From Candidatus Poseidoniales archaeon (lineage in GTDB: Archaea > Thermoplasmatota > Poseidoniia > Poseidoniales > Poseidoniaceae), in the NCBI GenBank assembly GCA_038144595.1, contig JAYQOB010000004.1, positions 300,611 to 364,610 of the forward strand: 64,000 bases of DNA. Reading direction: 5' to 3'. The translations under genes and the position numbers were made by a program. Within the stretch, counting starts at the first letter, position 1. Every line of letters starts with the position of its first letter. This document shows, one piece after another, positions 51,895-63,312 of the stretch. The notes beneath the pieces are model-generated. The model saw only the letters and a program-made list of their open reading frames with translations. It ran no database searches and was not told where the DNA came from.

Positions 51895-52647
51895 TCAAAA
51901 CACGCCGTGATTGTTGCACTTCTTACATCCTGCCCCCTGGCAGTAAGGGCAGGTGGCCATGACCAGCAATTTGCTGCGTCGTCGACTCATGGCGAGGTCC
52001 TTGTCGGAGCGGAGGAACCTTGACCGCTCTGAGCGTTCAAGGGTCTTCTTGCTGTGCTTCTCCTTGTCAAAGAACGACGAGCGGAACACGCCGGCTTTTT
52101 GGCGCCGACGCTCCAACTTATCCCGAGTCTGTGCGACGGCCTCGGCCTCCCAATATTTCGGCCCACGAATCATCAGCACGCCGATCACAGCGAACATGAT
52201 CTGCACGACCCATCCCGCCACAGGGAAGGGGAACAAGGCCGCCAAACCGTCGGAACTGGCCGAGGTCGGCAAGAGCGAGAAACGGTCCAACACTGCCAAC
52301 GTGCAGAGAACGCAACCCACCATGAAACCGGCCTTTCGAAGGCGTCGCGCCCACCCTTTGTTTTGCGGCAATTCGAAGCCGTACACAAACAAAAACAGCC
52401 CTTCCATCATCATCAGCAAGTCCGCACCCGACCACTGGCCAACTTCGCCAAGGCAATACGAGTTGCCGTTCAAGCGCAATTCTTCCTCCACGGCGTCAAA
52501 GGAGCAACTCGGCTCAAACATCAACAGGGCATCGAGTTTTGTGCCTTCAGCACCGTCAATGACCCGGGGCGCTACGGCTCCGAATTGGACGTTGGCGATG
52601 ACGAACAGCATCATGACCGCCCCAAAGACGGTGAGAATTTTGCGCAT
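51895..52647 (-). CDS. hypothetical multi-TM membrane protein with C-terminal CxxCxGxGCxxC zinc-finger
   Basis: Five to six hydrophobic helices, a basic cytoplasmic tail, and CPYCQGAGCKKCNNHG (DnaJ-type Zn finger unit) at the C-terminus. ATG at 52647. Confidence 0.5.
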   Translation of the reverse strand: MRKILTVFGAVMMLFVIANVQFGAVAPRVIDGAEGTKLDALLMFEPSCSFDAVEEELRLNGNSYCLGEVGQWSGADLLMMMEGLFLFVYGFELPQNKGWARRLRKAGFMVGCVLCTLAVLDRFSLLPTSASSDGLAALFPFPVAGWVVQIMFAVIGVLMIRGPKYWEAEAVAQTRDKLERRRQKAGVFRSSFFDKEKHSKKTLERSERSRFLRSDKDLAMSRRRSKLLVMATCPYCQGAGCKKCNNHGVF

Positions 52648-52786
52648 CGAGAGACCAAACACCGGGAATCCTCAGCCCTCCCACCCGTCGCCAATTGATA
52701 GGGATTGCGAGATGAACTGACACAGACGGCACATCCATCACCGTCAAGAAGGGGGAAGGAAAGGGAAACCTGCGGGAGAGGAGACC

Positions 52787-54421
52787 ATGGCCCACATCGC
52801 CATCATCGGCAGCGGCATCGCTGGCTTGTTTGCCGCCAGCCAACTCGCTGATGCAGGCCACGATGTGACGGTGGTCACCAAAAAACGACCCAAGGATTCC
52901 TCGACGAACTGGGCGCAAGGTGGTGTGGCGGCGATTTTGGACAAAACCAACGTCGAGGGCATGGAATCGCACGTCCAAGACACCCTTCGCTCAGGGGACG
53001 GCGCCTGCGATGAAGCCGTCGTACGCTCGATCATCAGCGAAGCCGGCGACCGCATCATGGACCTCATTCGCATCGGCGTTGAGTTCGAAAAAGAAGAGGA
53101 CGGAGCGTATTCATTCATTCGAGAAGGAGGCCATTCCTCAAAACGCATCCTCCACGCCAAGGACGCCACGGGCAAGGAGATTGAACGCGCCCTCACCGCC
53201 TACGCTCGCAACCATTCGAACATCACGCTCAAGCCCAACACCCTCGCCATTGACCTGATTCAACGCCAGCACGGCCACCCAGAGCAGGGCGTCGCCGGCG
53301 TGTGGTGTCTCGACCAAGACTCCCAGGCCGTCATCACCCTTGAGGCCGATGCCATCGTGCTCGCTACAGGCGGCGTCGGTCGTTTGTGGCAACAGACAAC
53401 CAATCCCGACGTGGCGACGGGTGACGGGTTGGCGATGGCCTATAGAACGGGTGCTTCCGTGGACAACATGGCGTACATCCAGTTTCATCCGACCGCCCTT
53501 GCATCACCATCCCCCCGACCGTTTCTCATCTCCGAAGCCGTGCGTGGCGTTGGCGCCGTCTTGCTCGATGACGAAGGCTTGGCGGCGTGGACACACGACT
53601 GCAAGGCCGCCTCAGAAGAGGGAGAGGAGGCTGGTTCACCTGCCCCGTATTCGTTCACCCTGGAGCACACACCGGCTGGCTCACTGGCGACAAGGGACAT
53701 CGTAGCTCGCGCCATTGACCAACAAATGAAGAAGAACGGCACATCCTGTGTTTATCTGATCACCTCTCATCTTGACCTACCCTGGCAGGAGAAATTCCCC
53801 ACCATCGCTCGCCGTTTAGCCCAAGAAGGACTTCAACTCGGACAGGACCCGATCCCCGTGGTTCCCGCTGCTCACTACATGGTGGGGGGCGTTCGTGTGG
53901 ATGACATCGGGCGAGCTTTTCTGCGAGGCACCACTGAACCCATGCCGCACCTCTACGCCATCGGCGAAGTGGCCTGCACTGGCATGCACGGAGCGAACCG
54001 GTTGGCGTCCAACAGCCTGCTTGAAGCGGTCGTTTACGCTCAACGTGTAGCCCAACACCTCATTCAGTTTCCGCCACCCACCTACGCAGGAAGCCATCCC
54101 GCATGGCGCGCAGACGGCCTGGGGGCCTTACGGGAACACGCACCCATCAATCACGACCGAATCAGCCTGGTTCGCACCATGACGGAAGAAGTGGGCATCG
54201 TGCGCTCAAACCAACGGCTGAAGCGAGCCCAACGCCGACTCAATTTGCTCCAAAACGAGGTCGACATGATGTGGCGAACCGCTCGGCCAACACGAGAAAT
54301 CGTTGAGCTTCGGAATTTGTGTCTCATCGGGCAACTCGTCGTCGAAGATGCCCTGCGCCAGACCGAAAACAAGGGGCTTCACTACAACGTCGACTTGCTC
54401 AAGGATGGCAGGCCTGAATGA
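52787..54421 (+). CDS. nadB: L-aspartate oxidase
   Basis: FAD fold IAIIGSGIAGL, TNWAQGGVAA, HYMVGGVRVD and GEVACTGMHGANRLASNSLLE. Confidence 0.9.
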   Translation: MAHIAIIGSGIAGLFAASQLADAGHDVTVVTKKRPKDSSTNWAQGGVAAILDKTNVEGMESHVQDTLRSGDGACDEAVVRSIISEAGDRIMDLIRIGVEFEKEEDGAYSFIREGGHSSKRILHAKDATGKEIERALTAYARNHSNITLKPNTLAIDLIQRQHGHPEQGVAGVWCLDQDSQAVITLEADAIVLATGGVGRLWQQTTNPDVATGDGLAMAYRTGASVDNMAYIQFHPTALASPSPRPFLISEAVRGVGAVLLDDEGLAAWTHDCKAASEEGEEAGSPAPYSFTLEHTPAGSLATRDIVARAIDQQMKKNGTSCVYLITSHLDLPWQEKFPTIARRLAQEGLQLGQDPIPVVPAAHYMVGGVRVDDIGRAFLRGTTEPMPHLYAIGEVACTGMHGANRLASNSLLEAVVYAQRVAQHLIQFPPPTYAGSHPAWRADGLGALREHAPINHDRISLVRTMTEEVGIVRSNQRLKRAQRRLNLLQNEVDMMWRTARPTREIVELRNLCLIGQLVVEDALRQTENKGLHYNVDLLKDGRPE

Positions 54422-55331
54422 GCGACGCCAACGTTTGGTTGATGGGAACGGAAAGACCGTGCCCCTCTGCGAGGGCGACCACCGCCTGATTCAATGCAGA
54501 AATCTCCGTTTTCCGCCCTTTTTTCAGGTCCTGAAGCATGCTGCACGTGTTGTCTGCGGTTTGTTCCAAGACATGTCGAAGACGGCCCTCAAACGTCGGT
54601 TCATCAGGAAGGGAGATTCGCTCCATAGCGGTCACCTGAGCAGCCTCTCGATACACCATCATGCACGTATTGAACAGCCCGCTCTCAAGCAGTTCACCGT
54701 TCTTGAGCCCGGCCAAGGCGGCGATGGGATTGATGGCGAGGTTCAGCACGACCTTCTCCCAGACCAAGGTGGCCGCATCTTCGTGAATCCACGGGTTCAG
54801 CTCTGCCCTTTCAAACAGCGAAACAACGGCCTCCAACCGTTCGGCATCGGGTCCCAGAGGAGGTGCCGCCAGGCCGATGCCACCAAAGCCGGCCCACACC
54901 ACGCTTTCGCTCTCTGCATACGCTCCATGGGTGGTGCTCGCTGCGAGAACTGCCGACGGGCCGTGAATTCGTGTCAAGGCCTCCACGTGACCCAAACCGT
55001 TGCACAAGGCCAAGACCAGGCCCCCGGGCTTCAGAAACGACATGGCTGTTTGAGCCAGGTGCGCCACATCGCTTGATTTGCAGGTGAGAATCACCAGGTC
55101 TGAACCCTGGTTCAACCCGTCGTCGACAGGGAGTTCTTCGCATGAAAACAGGAAGCGAGCAGCGGCCAGGTTGAGGCCTCGATGACCTGAAACAGCAATC
55201 CCTTGGAGCATCTGAGCAGCGCCCCGTTCACCGCGGACGTGGAGGTGAAGTTCCACCTCGGTTGTTGCCAATGCGGCCGCCACCACTGAACCAATGGCGC
55301 CAACCCCGAGCACGGATACACGAATGTCCAT
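54399..55331 (-). CDS. panE: 2-dehydropantoate 2-reductase (ketopantoate reductase) family
   Basis: N-terminal Rossmann VSVLGVGAIGSVVAAAL, ...CKSSDV... and C-terminal SMLQDLKKGRKTEISALNQAVV (typical ApbA_C SM.qD...gr.tEid.lnG). ATG 55331 is preferred over the track start at 55520. Confidence 0.7.
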   Translation of the reverse strand: MDIRVSVLGVGAIGSVVAAALATTEVELHLHVRGERGAAQMLQGIAVSGHRGLNLAAARFLFSCEELPVDDGLNQGSDLVILTCKSSDVAHLAQTAMSFLKPGGLVLALCNGLGHVEALTRIHGPSAVLAASTTHGAYAESESVVWAGFGGIGLAAPPLGPDAERLEAVVSLFERAELNPWIHEDAATLVWEKVVLNLAINPIAALAGLKNGELLESGLFNTCMMVYREAAQVTAMERISLPDEPTFEGRLRHVLEQTADNTCSMLQDLKKGRKTEISALNQAVVALAEGHGLSVPINQTLASLIQACHP

Positions 55332-55335
55332 CACC

Positions 55336-57930
55336 TCACTGATAACTGGAAAGATGGAGGACAACGGCGTCCGCTTCGTAGGAAAGCCACATCGTTGCGA
55401 GCGGAGCATCAGGCGGCACAAGTTCAAACGTGGTTGTCCCCGGCTCCAGGGCGTTGCCGTCCCAATCATGGCTCCAATCTTCCCCGAAACTTCCACCGCG
55501 GTCAAGGCGGAACGGCACACTCGTGTTGGTCGGGTTGTGAAGGGTAAACGACGTCATGCCTTCATTAAGGACGGTCCCGTTGGAAGCAATGGCCCACGGC
55601 GTGGTCCAGAATCGCGAGGTGGAGCCCATCCATGTGGCGAGCAATTCGGGCCCTTCCACCACCGAAAACGAGAGCGAAGGGTAGGGATTGTACGTCTCTT
55701 TGCACAACGACATGTTGGCTCCGCTGGGCATTTGCAGCGTCAGATTCTGCTCAGCCTCGACCAGCGGTAGGTCCCCGGATGAACGGACTTCGAGATCCCA
55801 TATCCACGGGCTGTTGTCTTGGGGCCGAGCCGGCGTGCTGATGCTGGCGTTGATAGGGCAATGGTCGGCGTTCATGTTCAACACGCCGCCTTCCCCAAGG
55901 AGGGCTTCCCAGGACGTACCAGCTTGTGCTTGAACGGTCCAGCCATCGGCAGGAACATGGGCCATCAACGGTCGGCGAGGTGGAAAAAGAGGCGAGAAGG
56001 TATCGTTGTTGAGGGTCAACGATGCCATGGAGGCATCGAACACCAGCGGGTCCAATCCCTGGAGGCACAGGGATCCCGGCACCTCGTTTGCGGTCATGTT
56101 CATGCCCGCTCCGCCCACCAAACTGACGAGTGGCGTTTGGACCTCGGACGCGAGACCACCCGCAACAGAAATCTTGAGCATTGACGACTCAAGAAGGTCG
56201 CCGGACAACGCCACGCAGCGATGAACGTAGGCGCCCACCTCAACATCGTACCAACTTGAGTCGGGGACCACCTCAAGGGCGGGCCGTACCGAAACGGGAA
56301 CGACATCATACGCATCGTTCATCGAAACAACATAACTCAAATTTGCCCGAGTTGGTTGCGTCGGACCGTCCCACGTCAAGTTCATCCAGAAGAACGCCGT
56401 TCGTTTTGGCAACAGGTCAGCACCGCACCCTTCATCGTCGAGATCATAGGTGGTTTCGCCATCGCAATCCCACGAAACCGTCCATCCTTGACCGGGATGT
56501 TCGAGGTAGGCACCAACTGCATACGGTTTGGAAAGCGCTGAAGGGTTGGTGATGCGAACTTCGGTGCTTGACAGCCAAGTGCCGTCTTCTAGAAGGGTGG
56601 CGGCGACCGGTTCAACCAGTTCATGGGTCAACGGGTCGTCCCACGTGGTTTCGTGAAGGACGGGTTGAGCAGCCGGGAGGAGGAAGACACCAACCAAGAG
56701 GAGCAACAGCCCCATGCGCCCATGGTCCTGCTCACTCAAGCCGGTGGTTTCGTTGAGGATGAGTGGGATGCGAAGGTCGGTACCAAAGAAAAACAGAAGT
56801 GGCAACAGCAAGGCGAACACGAGGTACCACAGTGAAAATTGGTTGAAGACTCCAAAGATGTAGGCACAGAAAAGCATGGTCACCAAAATCAAACTCTGCG
56901 TGCTTGAACTGCGACCGTCCAACAAGCCCATGCGTGCGATGAGGACACGACCGCCCGGGAAGGTCGGAATGGGCAGAATGGAAACCCAAGCAAACAGCAT
57001 GAGCATCCCGCCTGCGTGGACCCATGGATGGGCCCATAGAAGACGAACGAAGGCATCGTCTCCCGCCAGCTGTGTCGCAAACAAGGAGATGAACAAGGGT
57101 GGATCAGAAACCAGCGGCATGGCGGTGGAAGCAAGGTACTCTGGCGTCATGGTGAGGCCGGCGAGCATCATGACAGCGCCGCTTACACCCAGAACAAGCG
57201 GCACGCTCAACGCGGTGAACCCAAGCGCTGCACGATGGGGCCACGGCCGCGCGTCCATCCTCGGCATCGTCGGAATCAGGAGAAGGCCAAACGGCCAGAA
57301 CAACCACGAAGAAGGAAAGAGGCCCAAAGCGTACAACGCGATGGTGAAATCGGGTACGGGGAGAAGATGCCCGCATCGTACGCCGTAGCGTCCGGCGACC
57401 CGCCGTTGAAGTTGAGAGGCGACGGCCAAAACGAGCAGCACAGGAAGGGTGTAGCCGAGCAGGGCGTCAATAAACGAAGAGGTGTGAAACCAGCCACCCT
57501 CAGGGCGGGCTTTGGACATCCAATGGTCACCAGCCAACGTCAAGGTCAGCAAGGACAGCACCCAGAACATGAGCACGGTGTTGAAGCGAGGGAATTGACG
57601 TTCTGGGACGGGAAAGACGGTGATCACCCAGGGTTCGCCTTTGGTCAACTTCCCCATCCAACCCAAACGGTCAAGGTGGGTGTTGAGGCGAAGGAGGTCG
57701 CCGTGGATGTCGTCGTTGGGTGAAGCCACCGTCCAGGCAGGCCACCGCCCACCGTCTTTTTGGACGACATCGACGTACTCGCTCAGTGTGGAGGCCAGTA
57801 AATCGTGTTGCGACCACGCCTTCTTGTGATGAGGCAAGCCGGATTCAATCGCTTCGGATGAATCGTCCATGCCATGGCCCCCTGTCGTTGCGGTGCGGCC
57901 CATCCTCCATGAATCCCTCGTTGGGACCAT
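55336..57930 (-). CDS. M50 (site-2 protease)-like polytopic membrane protein lacking catalytic residues, fused to a large extracellular domain
   Basis: The N-terminal ~400 aa are polytopic with M50-like segments (RRVAGRYGVRCGHLLPVP; ILPIPTFPGGRVL), but HExxH is replaced by SQLQR. The C-terminal ~450 aa are Asn/Thr/Trp-rich and extracytoplasmic-looking. Start is 7 nt after the atpD stop. Confidence 0.6.
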   Translation of the reverse strand: MVPTRDSWRMGRTATTGGHGMDDSSEAIESGLPHHKKAWSQHDLLASTLSEYVDVVQKDGGRWPAWTVASPNDDIHGDLLRLNTHLDRLGWMGKLTKGEPWVITVFPVPERQFPRFNTVLMFWVLSLLTLTLAGDHWMSKARPEGGWFHTSSFIDALLGYTLPVLLVLAVASQLQRRVAGRYGVRCGHLLPVPDFTIALYALGLFPSSWLFWPFGLLLIPTMPRMDARPWPHRAALGFTALSVPLVLGVSGAVMMLAGLTMTPEYLASTAMPLVSDPPLFISLFATQLAGDDAFVRLLWAHPWVHAGGMLMLFAWVSILPIPTFPGGRVLIARMGLLDGRSSSTQSLILVTMLFCAYIFGVFNQFSLWYLVFALLLPLLFFFGTDLRIPLILNETTGLSEQDHGRMGLLLLLVGVFLLPAAQPVLHETTWDDPLTHELVEPVAATLLEDGTWLSSTEVRITNPSALSKPYAVGAYLEHPGQGWTVSWDCDGETTYDLDDEGCGADLLPKRTAFFWMNLTWDGPTQPTRANLSYVVSMNDAYDVVPVSVRPALEVVPDSSWYDVEVGAYVHRCVALSGDLLESSMLKISVAGGLASEVQTPLVSLVGGAGMNMTANEVPGSLCLQGLDPLVFDASMASLTLNNDTFSPLFPPRRPLMAHVPADGWTVQAQAGTSWEALLGEGGVLNMNADHCPINASISTPARPQDNSPWIWDLEVRSSGDLPLVEAEQNLTLQMPSGANMSLCKETYNPYPSLSFSVVEGPELLATWMGSTSRFWTTPWAIASNGTVLNEGMTSFTLHNPTNTSVPFRLDRGGSFGEDWSHDWDGNALEPGTTTFELVPPDAPLATMWLSYEADAVVLHLSSYQ

Positions 57931-57937
57931 GACGGGC

Positions 57938-58555
57938 TCACTTGTTCTTGAAACGCTTCAGTCGGAAGGTTTCTTCGCGCTCCATCTCTTCAAGGCGGAG
58001 TTGAATGAAGACCTTGGCCTCTTCAAGTTCGGGGATGACCTTGAACTCGAGGGCGTTTACACGACGCTTGGTGGCTTCAATTTCTGCCAGCAGGCGCTTG
58101 AGGGTGGCCTCCATCTCCGAGGCTTTCACGATCTTCTCAATGAGTTCGCTGAACGAATCGCTCGCTTCGTCAATGTAGGGCGACGAACCAATGAAACCGA
58201 TGCCGCGCTCGGCGAAGGTGGACTTCAGGTTGCTTCCGCTGACACTTGGCACGACCACACCCATGATGTTGCGGCGCTCAACTTCGACCTCGGGATGAGC
58301 AGAGTTGGCGATGGCGGCTGCACGAACGGCCAGCCCACCTTCGATGGCGTTCGCCAAGTCGATACGCGTCTTGGCCAAACGATAGGCCGCCGTCAAGTCA
58401 CGCTTGGCTTCGATCATCTCAGCGAGAAGCGTTCGGAACTCGTGGAAGAGACCGTCACGCTTCATTTTCAGCAACTTGTAGCCGTTCTTGGTCTGCTTGA
58501 TGCGACCTTTCAGTTTGATGAGTTCGCTACGGGTTGGTTTGATGTCCAATGCCAT
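57938..58555 (-). CDS. atpD: A-type ATP synthase subunit D
   Basis: IKPTRSELIKLKGRIKQTKNGYKLLKMKRDGL is the canonical V/A-ATPase D N-terminal helix. 205 aa. Confidence 0.9.
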   Translation of the reverse strand: MALDIKPTRSELIKLKGRIKQTKNGYKLLKMKRDGLFHEFRTLLAEMIEAKRDLTAAYRLAKTRIDLANAIEGGLAVRAAAIANSAHPEVEVERRNIMGVVVPSVSGSNLKSTFAERGIGFIGSSPYIDEASDSFSELIEKIVKASEMEATLKRLLAEIEATKRRVNALEFKVIPELEEAKVFIQLRLEEMEREETFRLKRFKNK

Positions 58556-58591
58556 GCTTTCTCACCTCCTTGTTGATGCCTTCGTTGGCCC

Positions 58592-59977
58592 TCAAGCCTT
58601 GTTGTCTGGGTGGTACTTCTTGATGAGTTCCTCATCCAGACGGACGAGGTACTTCGTGTCGATGCTCGCCATGAGTTCCCAGCAGAGGTTGAGGGTCTCG
58701 TCAATGGTGCGGTCCTCATCGCGGGACTGGCGAAGGAACTTGTCTTCGAAGACACCGGAGAAGTCCAGCAGTTGCTTATCACGCTCGTTGAGGGCGTCCT
58801 CACCGACGATGGCGACAAGGCCACGAAGTTCACGGCCTTGTGCGTAGGCAGCGTACATCTGGTCGCTGACCTTCTTGTGGTCGTCGCGGGTCGTTTTCTC
58901 ACCGATACACGAACCCATCAGTCGGGAAAGCGACGGCAACACGTTGATCGGCGGATAGATACCTTGCTGGTGCAACTCACGGCTGATCACGATCTGACCT
59001 TCGGTAATGTAGCCGGAAAGGTCAGGAATTGGGTGCGTGATGTCATCACCGGGCATGGTGAGAATCGGGAATTGGGTGATGGAACCCTTTTTGCCCTTCA
59101 CGATACCTGCACGCTCGTAGAGCATGGCCAAGTCGGTGTACATGTACCCGGGATAACCACGTCGTCCTGGAACTTCTTCACGAGCGGCACCGATTTGACG
59201 AAGTGCGTCGCAGTAGTTTGTCATGTCCGTGTAAATGACGAGCACGTGGTAGTCCTTCTCGAAAGCCAAGTATTCAGCTGCGGTCAGGGCGAGACGTGGC
59301 GTAATGATTCGCTCAACAGCGGGGTCGGCAGCGAGGGTGACGAACAACACAGCGTTCTCGAGTGCACCGGTGCGCTCCAAGTCGGAACGGAAGAAGTTGT
59401 ACTCTTCAGCGGTGATACCCATGGCGCAGAACACCACAATGAACTCTTCATCGGAATCCTTGAGCTTGGCCTGTCGGGCAATTTGCAGGGCGATGTCGTT
59501 GTGTGGAAGACCCGATGCAGAGAAAATCGGGAGCTTTTGTCCACGAACGAGCGTCGTACAGCAGTCAATGGCCGAAATACCCGTTTGGATAAAGTCGTGA
59601 GGCGACTGTCGGCTGTAGGGGTTGATGGCCGCACCAATGATGTCGGCCTTCTCCTCGGCGACGATTTCAGGACCGCCGTCTCGGGGGCGACCTGCGCCAT
59701 CAAGAATGCGTCCAACAAGGTCAGTGCTCACGGGGAGTTTGAACACATCACCCATGAAGGTGACACCGGTGTCTCGGTTGATTTTGGCCGTGCCTTCGAA
59801 CACTTGGACGATGACGAGGTCATCGGAAGTGTCGAGCACTTGACCGTTCTTGATCTCACCGTTGGAGAGACGGAGCGTAACAATTTCACCAAACGCAACG
59901 GGCTCGGTTTTGTTCAAAAAGACCAGTGGGCCCTTGACGTCGGTAATGGTTCGGTATTCTTTTCCAGTCATCTTCAT
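58592..59977 (-). CDS. atpB: A-type ATP synthase subunit B
   Basis: [43 protein letters not shown]. 461 aa. Confidence 0.95.
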   Translation of the reverse strand: MKMTGKEYRTITDVKGPLVFLNKTEPVAFGEIVTLRLSNGEIKNGQVLDTSDDLVIVQVFEGTAKINRDTGVTFMGDVFKLPVSTDLVGRILDGAGRPRDGGPEIVAEEKADIIGAAINPYSRQSPHDFIQTGISAIDCCTTLVRGQKLPIFSASGLPHNDIALQIARQAKLKDSDEEFIVVFCAMGITAEEYNFFRSDLERTGALENAVLFVTLAADPAVERIITPRLALTAAEYLAFEKDYHVLVIYTDMTNYCDALRQIGAAREEVPGRRGYPGYMYTDLAMLYERAGIVKGKKGSITQFPILTMPGDDITHPIPDLSGYITEGQIVISRELHQQGIYPPINVLPSLSRLMGSCIGEKTTRDDHKKVSDQMYAAYAQGRELRGLVAIVGEDALNERDKQLLDFSGVFEDKFLRQSRDEDRTIDETLNLCWELMASIDTKYLVRLDEELIKKYHPDNKA

Positions 59978-59984
59978 CCTCTCC

Positions 59985-61724
<1,740 letters not shown>

Positions 61725-61755
61725 TTTTTCTTCCTCCTGTTTTTGGGTTGGAACA

Positions 61756-62055
61756 TCACTTCCACAAATCGACTCCGATGGCCTTGCGAATGGTGTCCCG
61801 CAAGGTGGTGTCTTCCTCCGTACCGATGCCGAGCACGGTGGGGGAGACGGACGCCGACAATTGATCTCGCAATCGTTCGGGCAGCGTGGCCATCACGGCG
61901 GAGTCGACCACCATGATACCAACGGACTTGTTGTTGAGTAGGGAGCGAAGCGTGGTGTGCAGTTCTTCTTCGCCGTCTGGATTGTAAAGGCTTGACAGCC
62001 CAGCGAGCTGGAAGCCAAGGGTGAAGGCCGGAGAACCAACGACTGCAATCTCCAT
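61756..62055 (-). CDS. atpF: A-type ATP synthase subunit F
   Basis: 99 aa. [17 protein letters not shown]...VGIMVVD matches the V/A-ATPase F pattern. Position between C and A. Confidence 0.8.
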   Translation of the reverse strand: MEIAVVGSPAFTLGFQLAGLSSLYNPDGEEELHTTLRSLLNNKSVGIMVVDSAVMATLPERLRDQLSASVSPTVLGIGTEEDTTLRDTIRKAIGVDLWK

Positions 62056-62066
62056 TCATCTTCACC

Positions 62067-62702
62067 TCAGAGTAGATGCGCCTCAAGCACAGCGGCCGAC
62101 AAACCGGCCAGTCGTCCACGGACGATGAGTCGAAGGTCAGCGACCTCCTGAACTTTCATGGCGATGTAGTAGATGATGGGGAGGGCAGATACTGGATGGA
62201 GGTAGCTCATCCGTTGCATCATGTCATGCTCCCGTGCATTCATCCAGGTGACCACCGAGTCGAGGCTTCGGGTTGTTTCGGCTTCTTCGAGGGCGGATTC
62301 AAACGAGGCGTAATCGAACTTGTTGGCGCTGCGGAGCAAATCCAACATGGCGCTTCGCCCACCGGTGGCGATGGAGGAGAACGCACGCTTGGGCACAAGT
62401 CGCCCACCTGGAATCAACAGCGAGACCAAACGTTCGTTGTCAATGCCAACCGCACTGGCTTCCAGGATGTTTGAGATGTTCGTGTGATCGATTTCCGCTG
62501 CGAACAACTGCTTCAAGAAGCGAGCAGGTGCGCCTTTGGCTTGACCCAGCGCCTTGAGGGACGCAGCGTAGTAGTGGCGGTCAAGCGCATCTTCGTAATC
62601 CGAGAGACGACCGTCTTCAGGCACCTTGGCGAGGGTAGGACCGAAGGCCTTGCGACGCATCAGGTTCGCTGCAGACTTCATGTCGTCGCAACTTTCCACC
62701 AC
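62067..62702 (-). CDS. atpC: A-type ATP synthase subunit C, C-terminal two thirds (follows an in-frame TAG)
   Basis: Same frame as 62703-63107. ...EIDHTNISNIL..., ...YLHPVSALPIIYYIAMKVQEVADLRLIVRG is the conserved C/d-subunit C-terminus. Confidence 0.8.
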   Translation of the reverse strand: MVESCDDMKSAANLMRRKAFGPTLAKVPEDGRLSDYEDALDRHYYAASLKALGQAKGAPARFLKQLFAAEIDHTNISNILEASAVGIDNERLVSLLIPGGRLVPKRAFSSIATGGRSAMLDLLRSANKFDYASFESALEEAETTRSLDSVVTWMNAREHDMMQRMSYLHPVSALPIIYYIAMKVQEVADLRLIVRGRLAGLSAAVLEAHLL

Positions 62703-63107
62703 CTAGAGCCAAGGGGTGTTCACGTCGTTGATCTCAGGGAGGATGCTGTTGCCGACTTCTTCGACCGAAACTTCGTTGTGAATCGCACGGAAGACCGCCT
62801 TGGCGTTTTGGTACTCAAAGCGAGACGTGTAAATCTCAATGAGGGGCCGAATGGATTTGTTGGTCATGTTGACCATCTGCGTCAATTCAGATTCCAAGTT
62901 GTGCGTCAGTGCTGCTTCAACGAGGTCGCCGCCGGCTAATTTACCAGCGTACAAATCGATTTCAGTGCGGTAGCCGAGGTCACCCACGGCCACGGTCAAC
63001 TGGTCCACGGACTGGTTGATGAGTTGTCGTAGACGTGCACGGTCTGCCAGCTTCTGTCGTCGTGCCTTGGCACGTGAGACGACATAGGGGGTGTTGCCGA
63101 GCATCAT
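62703..63107 (-). CDS. atpC: A-type ATP synthase subunit C, N-terminal third (ends at in-frame TAG 62705-62703)
   Basis: YVVSRAKARRQKL...L (the conserved Y..aR.ra....L start of subunit C/d). ATG ATG at 63107/63104. Combined length with the next ORF is about 346 codons, the normal subunit C size. Confidence 0.8.
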   Translation of the reverse strand: MMLGNTPYVVSRAKARRQKLADRARLRQLINQSVDQLTVAVGDLGYRTEIDLYAGKLAGGDLVEAALTHNLESELTQMVNMTNKSIRPLIEIYTSRFEYQNAKAVFRAIHNEVSVEEVGNSILPEINDVNTPWL

Positions 63108-63120
63108 CTTCTCACCTTCT

Positions 63121-63312
63121 TCATCCAAACAGGGTTTCGTTCACGGCGGCGAGCTGGTTGGACCAGGCTCGCTCAAGCATGTTGTCAAATCGCATGTCAA
63201 ACGACACCGACCCGTCTTCGGCTTCAAGCACGAAGCCACCCAAGGCCGTCCACGCTCTCACCGACCTTTCGGTCGCCGGCCTCTTTCGAGATGGCGGCGC
63301 GGTCAACCTCAA
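63121..63312 (-). CDS. atpE: A-type ATP synthase subunit E, C-terminal fragment (frame-shifted)
   Basis: ALGGFVLEAEDGSVSFDMRFDNMLERAWSNQLAAVNETLFG matches the conserved E C-terminus (GG.i....dG....dnTfe..le.........lf). Only the part from about 63247 downward is homologous. Confidence 0.7.
   Translation of the reverse strand: MRLTAPPSRKRPATERSVRAWTALGGFVLEAEDGSVSFDMRFDNMLERAWSNQLAAVNETLFG

Noticed and set aside
62703-62705. In-frame TAG in atpC as pyrrolysine or a reassigned sense codon.
   Set aside because: TAG seems to act as a genuine stop for two other genes in the window (15870-15872, 41231-41233). No pyl genes or suppressor tRNA are visible, and five other lesions in the window are indels. 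A point error or mutation is more parsimonious. It is kept as a finding to be checked.
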